From: Rhodospirillales bacterium
GTDB taxonomy: Bacteria > Pseudomonadota > Alphaproteobacteria > SP197
Assembly (NCBI GenBank): GCA_014323865.1
Contig: JACONG010000004.1
Location: forward strand, 27,325-91,324
Direction of reading: 5' to 3'
Length of the DNA: 64,000 nt
The position numbers and the translations under genes are program-made. The notes under the pieces were generated by a model. The model ran no database searches. It saw only the letters and a program-made list of their open reading frames with translations, and was not told where the DNA came from. Shown piece by piece: positions 54,400 through 62,880 of this stretch (within the stretch, counting starts at the first letter, position 1; each line of letters opens with the position of its first letter).

Positions 54400-56265
54400 C
54401 TAGCCGTCTTCTTCCTCAAGCAGGGCGTCGAGTTCGGCCTGCTCCTCGGCGTCGATCCACCAGGTGAAGAAGACGATGCCGTCGTCGGGGATCGTCTCGG
54501 GATGGGCAAACTTGTCCCAGTAGGCCACGCGGTCATGGCGGCTGTGCCAGTTGGGAACGACATAATGGCCCGCGCGCAGCACGCGGTCGAGCGCCCGCGC
54601 TGCCGTCACCAGCGCGTCCCGGGTGTCGGAGAAGATGAGCGTCTCCACCAGGGCATCGACCGCCGGATCCCTGATGCCGATCAGGTTGCGGCTGCCTTCG
54701 ATCCCGGCGGCCTCGGAAGTCCAGTATTCGCGCTGCTCGTTGCCCGGCGAACGGGACTGCCCGAAACTCGCGACGGCCATGTCGAAGTCGAAGGTCTCCA
54801 GGCGACGCTCGTACTGCGCGGCGTCGACGATGCGGATATCGACGCGCACGCCGAGGCGTTCCAGGTTGCGCGCAAAGGGCTGGACGATGCGCTCGAAGGC
54901 CGGCTGCACGAGGAGGATCTCGAAGGCCATGGCGTCGCCCTCCGGCCCGACCAGGACGCCGTCCTGCACGGTCCAGCCGGCGTCCTCAAGCAGCGCCTTG
55001 GCCTCGCGCAACTGGCTCCGGATGTTGCCGCTGCCGTCTGTGACGGACGGCATGGCGGGCTCGCCGAAGACCTCTGCGGGAAGCCGGTCGCGGAAGGGTT
55101 CGAGCAGCGCCAGTTCTGCCTCGCTCGGCATCCCCACGGCGGCGAGATCGGAGTTCGAGAAGTAGCTCGTGGTGCGAGCGTACTGGCCGTAGAACAGGTT
55201 CCTGTTCGACCATTCGAAGTCGAAGGCATGGCCCAGCGCCCGGCGCACGCGGGGATCGGCGAAGATCGCCCGGCGCGTGTTGAAGACGAAGGCCTGCATG
55301 CCGGTCGGGCGCTGGTGATGAAGTTCTTCCCTGACGATCAGACCGTTGTCGAAATCGGGTCCGTTGTAGGCCGTGGCCCAGCGCTTCGAGTTGTTCTCGA
55401 TGCGGAAGTCGTACTGGTTGGCCTTGAACGCTTCGAGAGCGATGTCGAAGTCGAGATACTCGTCGTAGCGCACGGTGTCGAAATTGTTGAAACCGACGTT
55501 CACAGGGATATCGGCACCCCAGTAGTCCTCGACCCGCTCGTAGGTCACCGACCGTCCGGGATCGACGTCGATCACCCGATAGGGCCCGCTGCCGAGCGGC
55601 GGTTCCAGTGTCGTTTCGTTGAACACGCGGTCGGCCCACCAGTGTTTCGGCAGCACCTGCATCTGGCCCATGATCAGCGGCAGTTCCCGATTGCCCGGGG
55701 CGTCGAAATCGAAGCGCACCCAGCCGCCGCCGCCGTCGGTCGCGCCGACGACATTGGCGTAATAGGCAGCGTAGTAGGGATGGCCCTCGGTGGTCAGGGT
55801 CTCGAAGGTCCAGATCACATCCTCGACCGTGACCGGCATGCCGTCATGCCAGCGCGCTTCCGGGCGCAGCTTGAAGGCGACCCACGAGCGGTCCTCCGGC
55901 ATGAGAATCTCCCCGGCCAGCAGGCCGTATTCGGAAAACGTTTCGTCAGACGCACTCTTCAGAAGGGTATCGTAGACTTGGCCCAGGCCCGGTGCCGCCT
56001 GGCCCTTGAGCGTGAAACCGTTCAGCGTGTCGAAACCGCCGAACGACCACATCCTGACGTCGCCGCCCTTGGGCGCATCGGGGTTGACATAGTCGAAGTG
56101 CGGGAAGTCGGCGGGATACTTGAGGTCGCCATAGATCGAGATGCCGTGGCCCCCCCGGATCTGTTCGTCCCGGATCTGTTCGTCGTATATCTGTTCGTCC
56201 TGTGCGGTCGCAGGCACGACAAGCAGCAGGCCGGCGAAAAGGGCGGTCAGGGCACGCATCGTCAA
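54400..56265 (-). CDS. yejA: ABC transporter substrate-binding protein, family 5 (YejA-like); N-terminus contains the peptide repeat DEQIY-DEQIR-DEQIR
   Basis: 621 aa with signal peptide MRALTALFAGLLLVVPATA. SBP_bac_5-type sequence throughout. The peptide repeat is encoded by a 15-bp tandem repeat at 56156-56200. Confidence 0.75.
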   Translation of the reverse strand: MTMRALTALFAGLLLVVPATAQDEQIYDEQIRDEQIRGGHGISIYGDLKYPADFPHFDYVNPDAPKGGDVRMWSFGGFDTLNGFTLKGQAAPGLGQVYDTLLKSASDETFSEYGLLAGEILMPEDRSWVAFKLRPEARWHDGMPVTVEDVIWTFETLTTEGHPYYAAYYANVVGATDGGGGWVRFDFDAPGNRELPLIMGQMQVLPKHWWADRVFNETTLEPPLGSGPYRVIDVDPGRSVTYERVEDYWGADIPVNVGFNNFDTVRYDEYLDFDIALEAFKANQYDFRIENNSKRWATAYNGPDFDNGLIVREELHHQRPTGMQAFVFNTRRAIFADPRVRRALGHAFDFEWSNRNLFYGQYARTTSYFSNSDLAAVGMPSEAELALLEPFRDRLPAEVFGEPAMPSVTDGSGNIRSQLREAKALLEDAGWTVQDGVLVGPEGDAMAFEILLVQPAFERIVQPFARNLERLGVRVDIRIVDAAQYERRLETFDFDMAVASFGQSRSPGNEQREYWTSEAAGIEGSRNLIGIRDPAVDALVETLIFSDTRDALVTAARALDRVLRAGHYVVPNWHSRHDRVAYWDKFAHPETIPDDGIVFFTWWIDAEEQAELDALLEEEDG

Positions 56266-56516
56266 TTCCTTTGGAAGAGCGGGGAGTTCGGGATCCTATC
56301 GTAGCGATTGCGGCGTTTTGTGCCACCGGCCGGGGCAAAAGATGGCGGAAGCGGTCACAGTCATGTCATCGGTCACGCGACAGCAGAGCCAGAGCCGGCT
56401 CCGGCATCGCGGGATCGCCCACCGGTGCCGCCGATGTCATCTGCCGCATCGCCTGCGACGAACAAGGATCCTGAGGTCAGACATGGCACGCACACCCGCG
56501 CGTCACCACCTTGAGG

Positions 56517-56570
56517 ACCATCGAGCCGGGCACCATCGAGCCAGGGACTATTGAGCCAGGCACCATTCAG
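56517..56570. repeat. 15-bp degenerate tandem repeat accatcgagccgggc, about 3.6 copies
   Basis: Read directly from the sequence, in the yejA / NUDIX divergent intergenic region. Confidence 0.85.
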
Positions 56571-56585
56571 AAGGAACAACCGGGC

Positions 56586-56762
56586 ATGACCGTGTTCACC
56601 ACGCTCCGCCACACCGCGCCTGCCCTCGCCGCTGTCACCGTTCCGGCGCTGCCCGCCGCGGCGTCCGGTGACACCTGCGACAAGGCCTTTGAGGCGTACA
56701 ATGAGGCATACAATGGTTCCGCGGAGCGTCTGAACGACGCCTGCGCCGCACTGACGGAATAG
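56586..56762 (+). CDS. Hypothetical 58-aa secreted peptide
   Basis: MTVFTTLRHTAPALAAVTVPALPAAASGDTCDKAFEAYNEAYNGSAERLNDACAALTE: signal-peptide-like N-terminus, two Cys. AGGAA lies upstream. Weak evidence. Confidence 0.25.
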   Translation: MTVFTTLRHTAPALAAVTVPALPAAASGDTCDKAFEAYNEAYNGSAERLNDACAALTE

Positions 56763-56767
56763 CGCCG

Positions 56768-57316
56768 ATGGTCGATGACAGGGAGCCCAGGGGGCCAATC
56801 AACAGGTCGGTGCCGCCGGGTGACAACAGGGAACGGCTGGTCTGCAACGACTGCGGTTTCATCCTCTACGCCAACCCCAAGGTGGTGGTGGGCAGTGTCG
56901 CGCAGTGGGACGGCAGAATTCTCCTGGGTCGGCGCGCCATCGAGCCGCGCAGCGGTTTCTGGACCCTGCCCGCCGGTTACCTCGAGAACGGCGAGACGAC
57001 CGAGCGGGGCGCCTTGCGCGAGGCGCGCGAGGAGACCGGTGCCGACCTGCGGCTTGATCGCCTGCTCGCCGTTTACAACATCCCGCGCATCGGCCAGGTG
57101 CAGGTGATCTATGCCGCGAGCCTGCTGTCACCGGAGATCGCCGCCCGGCAGGAAACGCTTGAGGTCGGGCTCTTCGCCTGGGACGACGTGCCATGGCAGG
57201 AGCTCGCCTTCCCGTCGGTCCACTGGGCGCTCAACCACTGGCGCGAGGCGCAGGACACCGGCGACATGACCGCCCGCACCAATCCGCCGGGCGACCTGGG
57301 CGAATTTGCCGCTTGA
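56768..57316 (+). CDS. NUDIX hydrolase
   Basis: NUDIX box GFWTLPAGYLENGETTERGALREAREETG. Upstream CNDCGF suggests a small zinc-ribbon. Confidence 0.8.
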   Translation: MVDDREPRGPINRSVPPGDNRERLVCNDCGFILYANPKVVVGSVAQWDGRILLGRRAIEPRSGFWTLPAGYLENGETTERGALREAREETGADLRLDRLLAVYNIPRIGQVQVIYAASLLSPEIAARQETLEVGLFAWDDVPWQELAFPSVHWALNHWREAQDTGDMTARTNPPGDLGEFAA

Positions 57317-57400
57317 CCCTCCTTGTCGTTTCGTGTTGTACTAGGGCTCTGGATAGTCTATATGAGGCGACACTAGAAACGGCAACTTAGGAGTATACCG

Positions 57401-57810
57401 ATGCCAGCACTTCACGATTATCGGCTGTTCATAAGCCATGCTTGGACATATGGCGGAGCATATGACCGCATGATTTCCTTTCTTGATAATGCTAACAACT
57501 TCAAGTACAGCAACTACTCGGTACCCGTCAATAAGGCGTTCGAAGGAATGTCAAAACTCAGCTAGAGGAGCAGCTCAGACGTCAAATCAGGCCGGTTGAA
57601 GTCGTGATAATATTATCTGGCATGTATGTTTCTTACAGTGACTGGATTCAGTTTGAAATCGACTTTGCTGAATATCTCGGCAAACCGATCCTGGGCGTGC
57701 GGCCATGGAGTTCGTCAAGGATCCCCTCAGCGGTAACCCGTGCTGCGGATGAGATTGTGCGCTGGAACACCAGTTCTATCGTTGATGCTATAAGGAGGCT
57801 GGCGCGATGA
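57401..57810 (+). CDS. TIR-like (DUF1863/ThsB-type) domain protein, interrupted by a -1 frame change at an A4 tract (57553-57556)
   Basis: AGGAG lies 8 nt upstream of ATG 57401. Frame A gives MPALHDYRLFISHAWTYGGAYDRMISFLDNANNFKYSNYSVPVNKAFEGMSK..., then a stop. Frame B continues ...TQLEEQLRRQIRPVEVVIILSGMYVSYSDWIQFEIDFAEYLGKPILGVRPW.... Joined, this gives a roughly 135-aa TIR-like fold pattern (FISH...D, hydrophobic core strand VVIILS, S.W..E). The islet has about 43% GC. Confidence 0.55.
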
Positions 57811-58685
57811 CAAAGATCACATATCCAGCCATTTATGAAGCTGCCGATAAAGGGTCGAAGTCGGCACAATCTTGGTACTTAACTCTGGTAAGATTTGAGT
57901 ATTTGTTTCTGATTATCTTGGCCATACTTTCAATGGAGCTGTTTAACTCCGAATTGTATTATTTCGGCTTTGTTATGGTCCTGCTTACATCATTGGCAAT
58001 TTTGTTCTGGATGTGGTTTCGAAAGCCCGAACAAGCATGGTACCGCTGCCGAGCTCTTGCCGAATCAATAAAGACCATAAGCTGGCGATACATGATGCGG
58101 TCAGAGCCATTCGAGGATGCTCAGAGCGTTAGCGTGCCACGATCTGAACTGCGGAATATACTCAAAGGCTTGCTGTACAATAACGAGAACCTCGGAGAAC
58201 ATATTATTCAGCGAGACGATCAGCTCGATCAAGTTACCCATGAAATGGACACTGTACGAGAGTCTGAACTCGAAAGACGCAAGCACATATACTTGGAAGA
58301 GAGAATTAAAGAACAGCGCCTTTGGTATACAAAGAAAGCTTCCAGTAACAAAAAGTCATACAAATGCTGGATGTGTTTTTGTGTGTTGATTTACGTCGCT
58401 GCTTTCTTCCTAATCATCTTGCGCGCTATGTACTGGGATGAAAGCTGGCAAATCTGGCCGTTGGAGCCTCTTATTGTAATCGCATCTGCGATTGTCGGAT
58501 GGATTCAGATCAAGAAGTTCAACGAACTGACCGCAGCCTATACTTTGACTGCACACGAAATTGGATTCCTCCAAGCTGGAATAAGCGAAATTAACAATGA
58601 GAAAGAACTGTCAGATTTTGTGAATGAGGCTGAGCTCGCGTTCTCGAGAGAACATACCCAGTGGAAGGCCCGACAATCTAGCTAG
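57807..58685 (+). CDS. Membrane protein with two tandem SLATT (DUF4231-like, 2TM each) domains
   Basis: 292 aa. ATGA overlap with the TIR-like gene. TM pairs at about residues 28-70 and 205-250, each followed by an amphipathic W..YR..AE.IK....Y-type helix characteristic of SLATT domains. AT-rich codon usage. Confidence 0.55.
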   Translation: MTKITYPAIYEAADKGSKSAQSWYLTLVRFEYLFLIILAILSMELFNSELYYFGFVMVLLTSLAILFWMWFRKPEQAWYRCRALAESIKTISWRYMMRSEPFEDAQSVSVPRSELRNILKGLLYNNENLGEHIIQRDDQLDQVTHEMDTVRESELERRKHIYLEERIKEQRLWYTKKASSNKKSYKCWMCFCVLIYVAAFFLIILRAMYWDESWQIWPLEPLIVIASAIVGWIQIKKFNELTAAYTLTAHEIGFLQAGISEINNEKELSDFVNEAELAFSREHTQWKARQSS

Positions 58686-58697
58686 CGTTGCCGGGCG

Positions 58698-59327
58698 CTA
58701 CTGAACCTCGTCGATCCTGTCGACGATATGAGCGACGATGCCGTAGTCCCTGGCTTCCTCCGGACCCATCCAGTAGTTGCGGTCCGTGTCCTTCGCGACG
58801 CGTTCGATCGGCTGGCCGGTCTCTTCGGCAATGATGCGGTTGAGCCGGTCGCGCATCTTGAGGATTTCCCTGGCCTCGATGTCGATCTCGGTCGCCTTGC
58901 CGCCGATGCCGCCCATCGGCTGGTGCAGCAGAAAGCGCGTGTTGGGCGTGCAGTAGCGGTTGTCCTTCTCGGCCGAGAGATAGATGTGGGCGCCGGCGCT
59001 GGCGACCCATCCCGTGCCGATCGCCTTCACCGGGGCCGAAACGAAGCGGATCGTGTCGTGGATCGCATCACCCGATTCCACGTGGCCGCCGGGCGAGCTG
59101 ATCATCAGCCTGATCGGCTTGTCGCTTTCCTCGCTCATGGCGATCAGCTGGCCGCAGGTCTCGCGTGCGGCCTTCTCGTCGATCTCCCCGAACAACAGGA
59201 TCATGCGCGATTCGAAGAGGATCCTGGCCGCCGGACGGCTCCGGGGCTCCTTCTTCCCGGCCTTTTCGTCCTTGCCGTCGTCATCGTCGTCGTCGTCGGC
59301 AGCGTGGGGCAGGTCGAAATCGATCAT
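58698..59327 (-). CDS. clpP: ATP-dependent Clp protease proteolytic subunit (ClpP paralog) with an Asp-rich N-terminal extension
   Basis: ...RILFESRMILLFGEID...ISSPGGHVESGDAIHDTIRFV...GWVASAGAHIYLSAEK...LHQPMGG is canonical ClpP (Ser-His-Asp). N-terminal MIDFDLPHAADDDDDDDGKDEK. No clpX is adjacent. Confidence 0.75.
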   Translation of the reverse strand: MIDFDLPHAADDDDDDDGKDEKAGKKEPRSRPAARILFESRMILLFGEIDEKAARETCGQLIAMSEESDKPIRLMISSPGGHVESGDAIHDTIRFVSAPVKAIGTGWVASAGAHIYLSAEKDNRYCTPNTRFLLHQPMGGIGGKATEIDIEAREILKMRDRLNRIIAEETGQPIERVAKDTDRNYWMGPEEARDYGIVAHIVDRIDEVQ

Positions 59328-59397
59328 CGGGGTGTCCTGATTGCGGCGAAATCTCAAGGCCCCACATAGGAGCCGCGCCAGCCGAATGCAAGCTGAC

Positions 59398-60039
59398 TCA
59401 GGCGTCCTCAAGCTCCGCAAGCGGCAGGGAGACGCCGATCATGCAGTCGCGGGTGACGATGGAGGCGAGTGCGTCTTCGTCCCACCCCCCGGTGCCGGCG
59501 GGTCGGGCGGGCAGGACCATGTAGCGCATGTCGGCAGTGGAATCGTGGACCCGGATTTCGACGCTGTCGGGCAGATCGGTGCCGAACTCGGCCAGCACCT
59601 TGCGCGGTTCGACCGCGACGCGGGAGCGGTAGGCGCGTGCCTTGTACCAGGCCGGCGGGATGCCCAGGACGTAGCGCGGATAGCAGGAGCACAGCGTGCA
59701 GACGATGACGTTGTGGAGATTGCCGGTGTTCTCGACGACGATGAGTCGCGTCGGGCCGATCTCGAGGCCGAGCTCCCGCACCGCCGCACTGCCGTCGGCC
59801 AACAGACGTTGCTTGTAGGCCGGATCGGTCCAGGCGCGCGCAACGACCCGGGCACCACCGGTCGGCGAGATGGCATCCATGCGCTCGATCGCTCGGCGCT
59901 CGTCCTCGGCGCTGTAGACGCCCTTTTCGACCAGAAGTTCGCGCATGGCGCGGACCAGCAGCATGTGTTCGGTCTGACCGCCGGCGTCGTCGTCGGGCTG
60001 GAATGGGTGAGAATGCGCGTGGTCGCGGGTCTCGCTCAT
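59398..60039 (-). CDS. Nitrile hydratase alpha-subunit-like / thiocyanate hydrolase gamma-like metalloprotein (Co-type VCTLCSCYP motif)
   Basis: 213 aa. The metal-binding VCTLCSCYPRYVLG motif (C-T-L-C-S-C) is diagnostic for the NHase alpha / SCNase gamma family. Confidence 0.7.
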   Translation of the reverse strand: MSETRDHAHSHPFQPDDDAGGQTEHMLLVRAMRELLVEKGVYSAEDERRAIERMDAISPTGGARVVARAWTDPAYKQRLLADGSAAVRELGLEIGPTRLIVVENTGNLHNVIVCTLCSCYPRYVLGIPPAWYKARAYRSRVAVEPRKVLAEFGTDLPDSVEIRVHDSTADMRYMVLPARPAGTGGWDEDALASIVTRDCMIGVSLPLAELEDA

Positions 60040-60326
60040 GACGCCTGCTCCAGCCAGTTCTCGTAGACTTCGACCTCGACCGTGTCGGCCGCGACCTCCG
60101 CGCGCGTGCCCCACAGGTGGCCCATGGTGAAGCGCACCCGGTAGAGCGGCTGGTCGGGCTTGCCGTCGCCGCCATGGCCCAGGGTCTCGGGGTTGCCGAA
60201 TGTGCCGCAGATGCGCTCGACCACGCCGGTGCGGCCCTTGATGTAGTCGGGTGCGCGGTGGTGATGGCGCGGGTAGCGACGGACCACCGTGACCCGATCG
60301 CCGGGCGCGAAGCGCGGCCCGCTCAT
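60036..60326 (-). CDS. Nitrile hydratase beta-subunit C-terminal-half homolog (SCNase alpha-like)
   Basis: 96 aa. GDRVTVVRRYP...GHGGDGKPDQPLYRVRF...LWGTRA aligns with the C-terminal SH3-like half of NHase beta. ATGA overlap with the neighbouring gene. Confidence 0.6.
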   Translation of the reverse strand: MSGPRFAPGDRVTVVRRYPRHHHRAPDYIKGRTGVVERICGTFGNPETLGHGGDGKPDQPLYRVRFTMGHLWGTRAEVAADTVEVEVYENWLEQAS

Positions 60327-60643
60327 GATGCGGTCTCGCGCAGGGCGGCGATGCGCGCGGCGATCTCGTCCTCGGTGACGATGCCTTTCTCGACCATGAC
60401 GGTGCGGATCGATTCGATCCAGCGCTCGTAGTAGCTCATGCGGTCGTAGGCATCGGGCGGCAGGCTTTCGATACCGCGGCGCAGCTCGTCGACACGCATC
60501 GCGCCACGCTGCGGGTCGGCCAGCAGGATGAGCATGGCATCGACCTGCTTTTCCCAGTGGGCCAGCGCATGTTCGTGGCGCTCGATCTCACCGGCCTCGC
60601 GGCCCGCGAGATCGTGATGGGGACGATAGGGTTCTTCAGTCAT
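60323..60643 (-). CDS. Nitrile hydratase beta-subunit N-terminal-half homolog (SCNase beta-like)
   Basis: 106 aa. ...MSYYERWIESIRTVMVEKGIVTEDEI resembles the N-terminal helical half of NHase beta (SYYTHWL...). The order N-half / C-half / alpha mirrors scnB-scnA-scnC. Confidence 0.6.
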   Translation of the reverse strand: MTEEPYRPHHDLAGREAGEIERHEHALAHWEKQVDAMLILLADPQRGAMRVDELRRGIESLPPDAYDRMSYYERWIESIRTVMVEKGIVTEDEIAARIAALRETAS

Positions 60644-60694
60644 GGCAGGATCATGGCCCTTGCTACAGGATGCAGCAAGCAGCGCTTGCGCCGG

Positions 60695-61630
60695 CTATGG
60701 CGCGGGCCGGTCGAGCCCCATGAGCGAGCGGGCGAAGTCGTTGGCGTCGAAGGGCCGAAGGTCTTCGGCACCTTCGCCGACGCCAATGGCGTGGATCGGC
60801 AGGCCGAACCTGTCGGCCAGGCCGACAATGACGCCGCCGCGGGCCGAGCCGTCGAGCTTGGTCACGATCAGCCCGCTGACGTCGCACATGCCCCGGAAGG
60901 CTTCGACCTGGGCGTTGGCGTTCTGGCCCGTGGTGGCGTCGAGCACGAGGATGCGGTCGTGCGGCGCGGTTTCGTCGAGCTTGCCGAGCACACGCACGAT
61001 CTTCTGCAGCTCGGCCATCAGGTCGTCCTTGTTGTGGAGCCGGCCTGCCGTGTCGATCAGCAGGATATCGGCGCCGTCCTCGCGCGCGGTCTCCAGTGCG
61101 CCATAGGCCAGGCCGGCCGCATCGCCGCCCTGCTTGCCCGCGACCACCGTGCAACCCGTGCGGCTGCCCCAGATCCGGAGCTGCTCGATCGCGGCGGCAC
61201 GGAAGGTGTCGCCCGCGGCGAGCACGACCGTCTTGCCGTCGTCGACATGGTGCCTGGCGAGCTTGCCGATCGTTGTCGTCTTGCCCACACCGTTGACGCC
61301 CATGACCAGAACGACATGCGGTTTGTGCGCCGGATCGGGATTGAGCGGAACGGCGAGCGGTTCGAGGATCGTCGCGATGTGTTCGGCAAGGTCGCCGCGC
61401 ACCTCCTCGTCGGTGACTTCCCTGTCGAAGCGCTTGCGCGCGAGCTCCGCCGACAAAGTCGCGGCCGTCGCGACGCCCAGGTCGGCGGCGATCAGCGCCT
61501 CTTCCAGTTCCTCGATCGCCTCGTCATCCAGCTTGCGTTTCGTGAAGATCGAGCCGATCGACTGCGTCAGGCGGTCAGACGAACGGTTGAGGCCCGCCCG
61601 CAGCCTCGAGAACCAGCCACCCTCGCTCAT
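60695..61630 (-). CDS. ftsY: Signal recognition particle receptor FtsY
   Basis: NG domain: VVLVMGVNGVGKTTTIGKLA, DTAGR, TKLDGSARGG. Confidence 0.85.
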   Translation of the reverse strand: MSEGGWFSRLRAGLNRSSDRLTQSIGSIFTKRKLDDEAIEELEEALIAADLGVATAATLSAELARKRFDREVTDEEVRGDLAEHIATILEPLAVPLNPDPAHKPHVVLVMGVNGVGKTTTIGKLARHHVDDGKTVVLAAGDTFRAAAIEQLRIWGSRTGCTVVAGKQGGDAAGLAYGALETAREDGADILLIDTAGRLHNKDDLMAELQKIVRVLGKLDETAPHDRILVLDATTGQNANAQVEAFRGMCDVSGLIVTKLDGSARGGVIVGLADRFGLPIHAIGVGEGAEDLRPFDANDFARSLMGLDRPAP

Positions 61631-62868
61631 CGGGCCGCCTCGGCCAGCAGGGTCGTGCCGTCGCGTCCGGCGATGGTGAGACGGGCGAGCGTGCCGGCGG
61701 CAAGCCCGGTCGGTGTCGTGACCGGTGCGAAGTGTTCGCTGTGGCCGCGCCCCTCCGCTTCGACCAGGACATCGGCACCCTGTCCGATCCTGCCGTCGAG
61801 GAACGCGGCGACCGCACGGTCGCCCGCATCGCGCAGGCGTGCGGCGCGTTCCTTGCGCAGGGCCTTGTCGACCCCGGGCATCCGGGCAGCGGGCGTGCCG
61901 GGCCGTTCCGAATAGGGGAAGACGTGCAGCCACGTCAGGCCGCAGTCGGCGACATGCTGCAGGGTGTTTTCGAACATGGCGTCGGTTTCGGTCGGGAAAC
62001 CGGCGATCAGGTCGGCACCGAAGACGGTTCCCGGCCTCAATGCGCGCACGGTCTCGCAGAACGCCACGGCCTCCGCGGGCCTGTGGCGCCGCTTCATGCG
62101 CTTGAGCACCATGGCATCGCCCGCCTGCAGGCTGAGATGGAGATGCGGCATCAGGCGCTCCTCCTCGGCAATGGCGCGCATCAGGGCCTCGTCGGTCTCG
62201 GCGATGTCCAGGCTGGTGACGCGCAGGCGGGGCAGTCCGGGCACCAGCTTCAGGATGCGGCGCACGAGATCGCCGAGGGTCGGGTTGCCCGGCAGGTCGT
62301 CACCCCATGAGGTGATGTCGACTCCGGTCAGTACGACCTCGCGATAGCCTGCTTCGACCAGGCCCCGGATTTCCTGCACCACCGCGCCGGCGGGCACGCT
62401 GCGGCTCGGCCCGCGGCCATGGGGGATGATGCAGAAGGTGCAGCGATGGTCGCAGCCGTTCTGGACCTGCACGAAGCTGCGCACCCGGTCCTCGAAGCCG
62501 TTCGGCATATGGGCGGCGGTCTCGCGCACCTCGGCGATGTCGTTGACGCTGATCCGCCCGGTCGCCGGTGCGCTCCAGGTCTCGGCCTGGAGCTTCTCGA
62601 TGTTGCCCACCACCCGGTCGAGCTCCGGCAGAGCGGCCCAGGCTGCGGGGTCGATCTGCACCGCGCAGCCGGTCGCCACGATCGTGGCGTCGGGGTGTTC
62701 GCGGCGTGCGCGGCGGATCGCCTGGCGCGCCTGGCGTTCCGCCTCGGCGGTCACGGCACAGGTGTTGACGACGATCGTGTCATGATCGTCGGCGTCTTTC
62801 AGATGGCCGCGGATAACCCCGGTCTCATAGGCGTTGAGGCGGCAGCCGAAGGTCAGGACATCGCCCAT
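61627..62868 (-). CDS. mtaB: Radical-SAM methylthiotransferase MtaB (MiaB-like tRNA-modifying enzyme)
   Basis: N-terminal FGCRLNAYE (MTTase domain); radical SAM CDHRCTFCIIP (CxxxCxxC); TRAM-like C-terminus. dapF-mtaB-ftsY synteny is conserved in alphaproteobacteria. Confidence 0.8.
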   Translation of the reverse strand: MGDVLTFGCRLNAYETGVIRGHLKDADDHDTIVVNTCAVTAEAERQARQAIRRARREHPDATIVATGCAVQIDPAAWAALPELDRVVGNIEKLQAETWSAPATGRISVNDIAEVRETAAHMPNGFEDRVRSFVQVQNGCDHRCTFCIIPHGRGPSRSVPAGAVVQEIRGLVEAGYREVVLTGVDITSWGDDLPGNPTLGDLVRRILKLVPGLPRLRVTSLDIAETDEALMRAIAEEERLMPHLHLSLQAGDAMVLKRMKRRHRPAEAVAFCETVRALRPGTVFGADLIAGFPTETDAMFENTLQHVADCGLTWLHVFPYSERPGTPAARMPGVDKALRKERAARLRDAGDRAVAAFLDGRIGQGADVLVEAEGRGHSEHFAPVTTPTGLAAGTLARLTIAGRDGTTLLAEAAR

Positions 62869-62880
62869 CTCGATTCGTCC

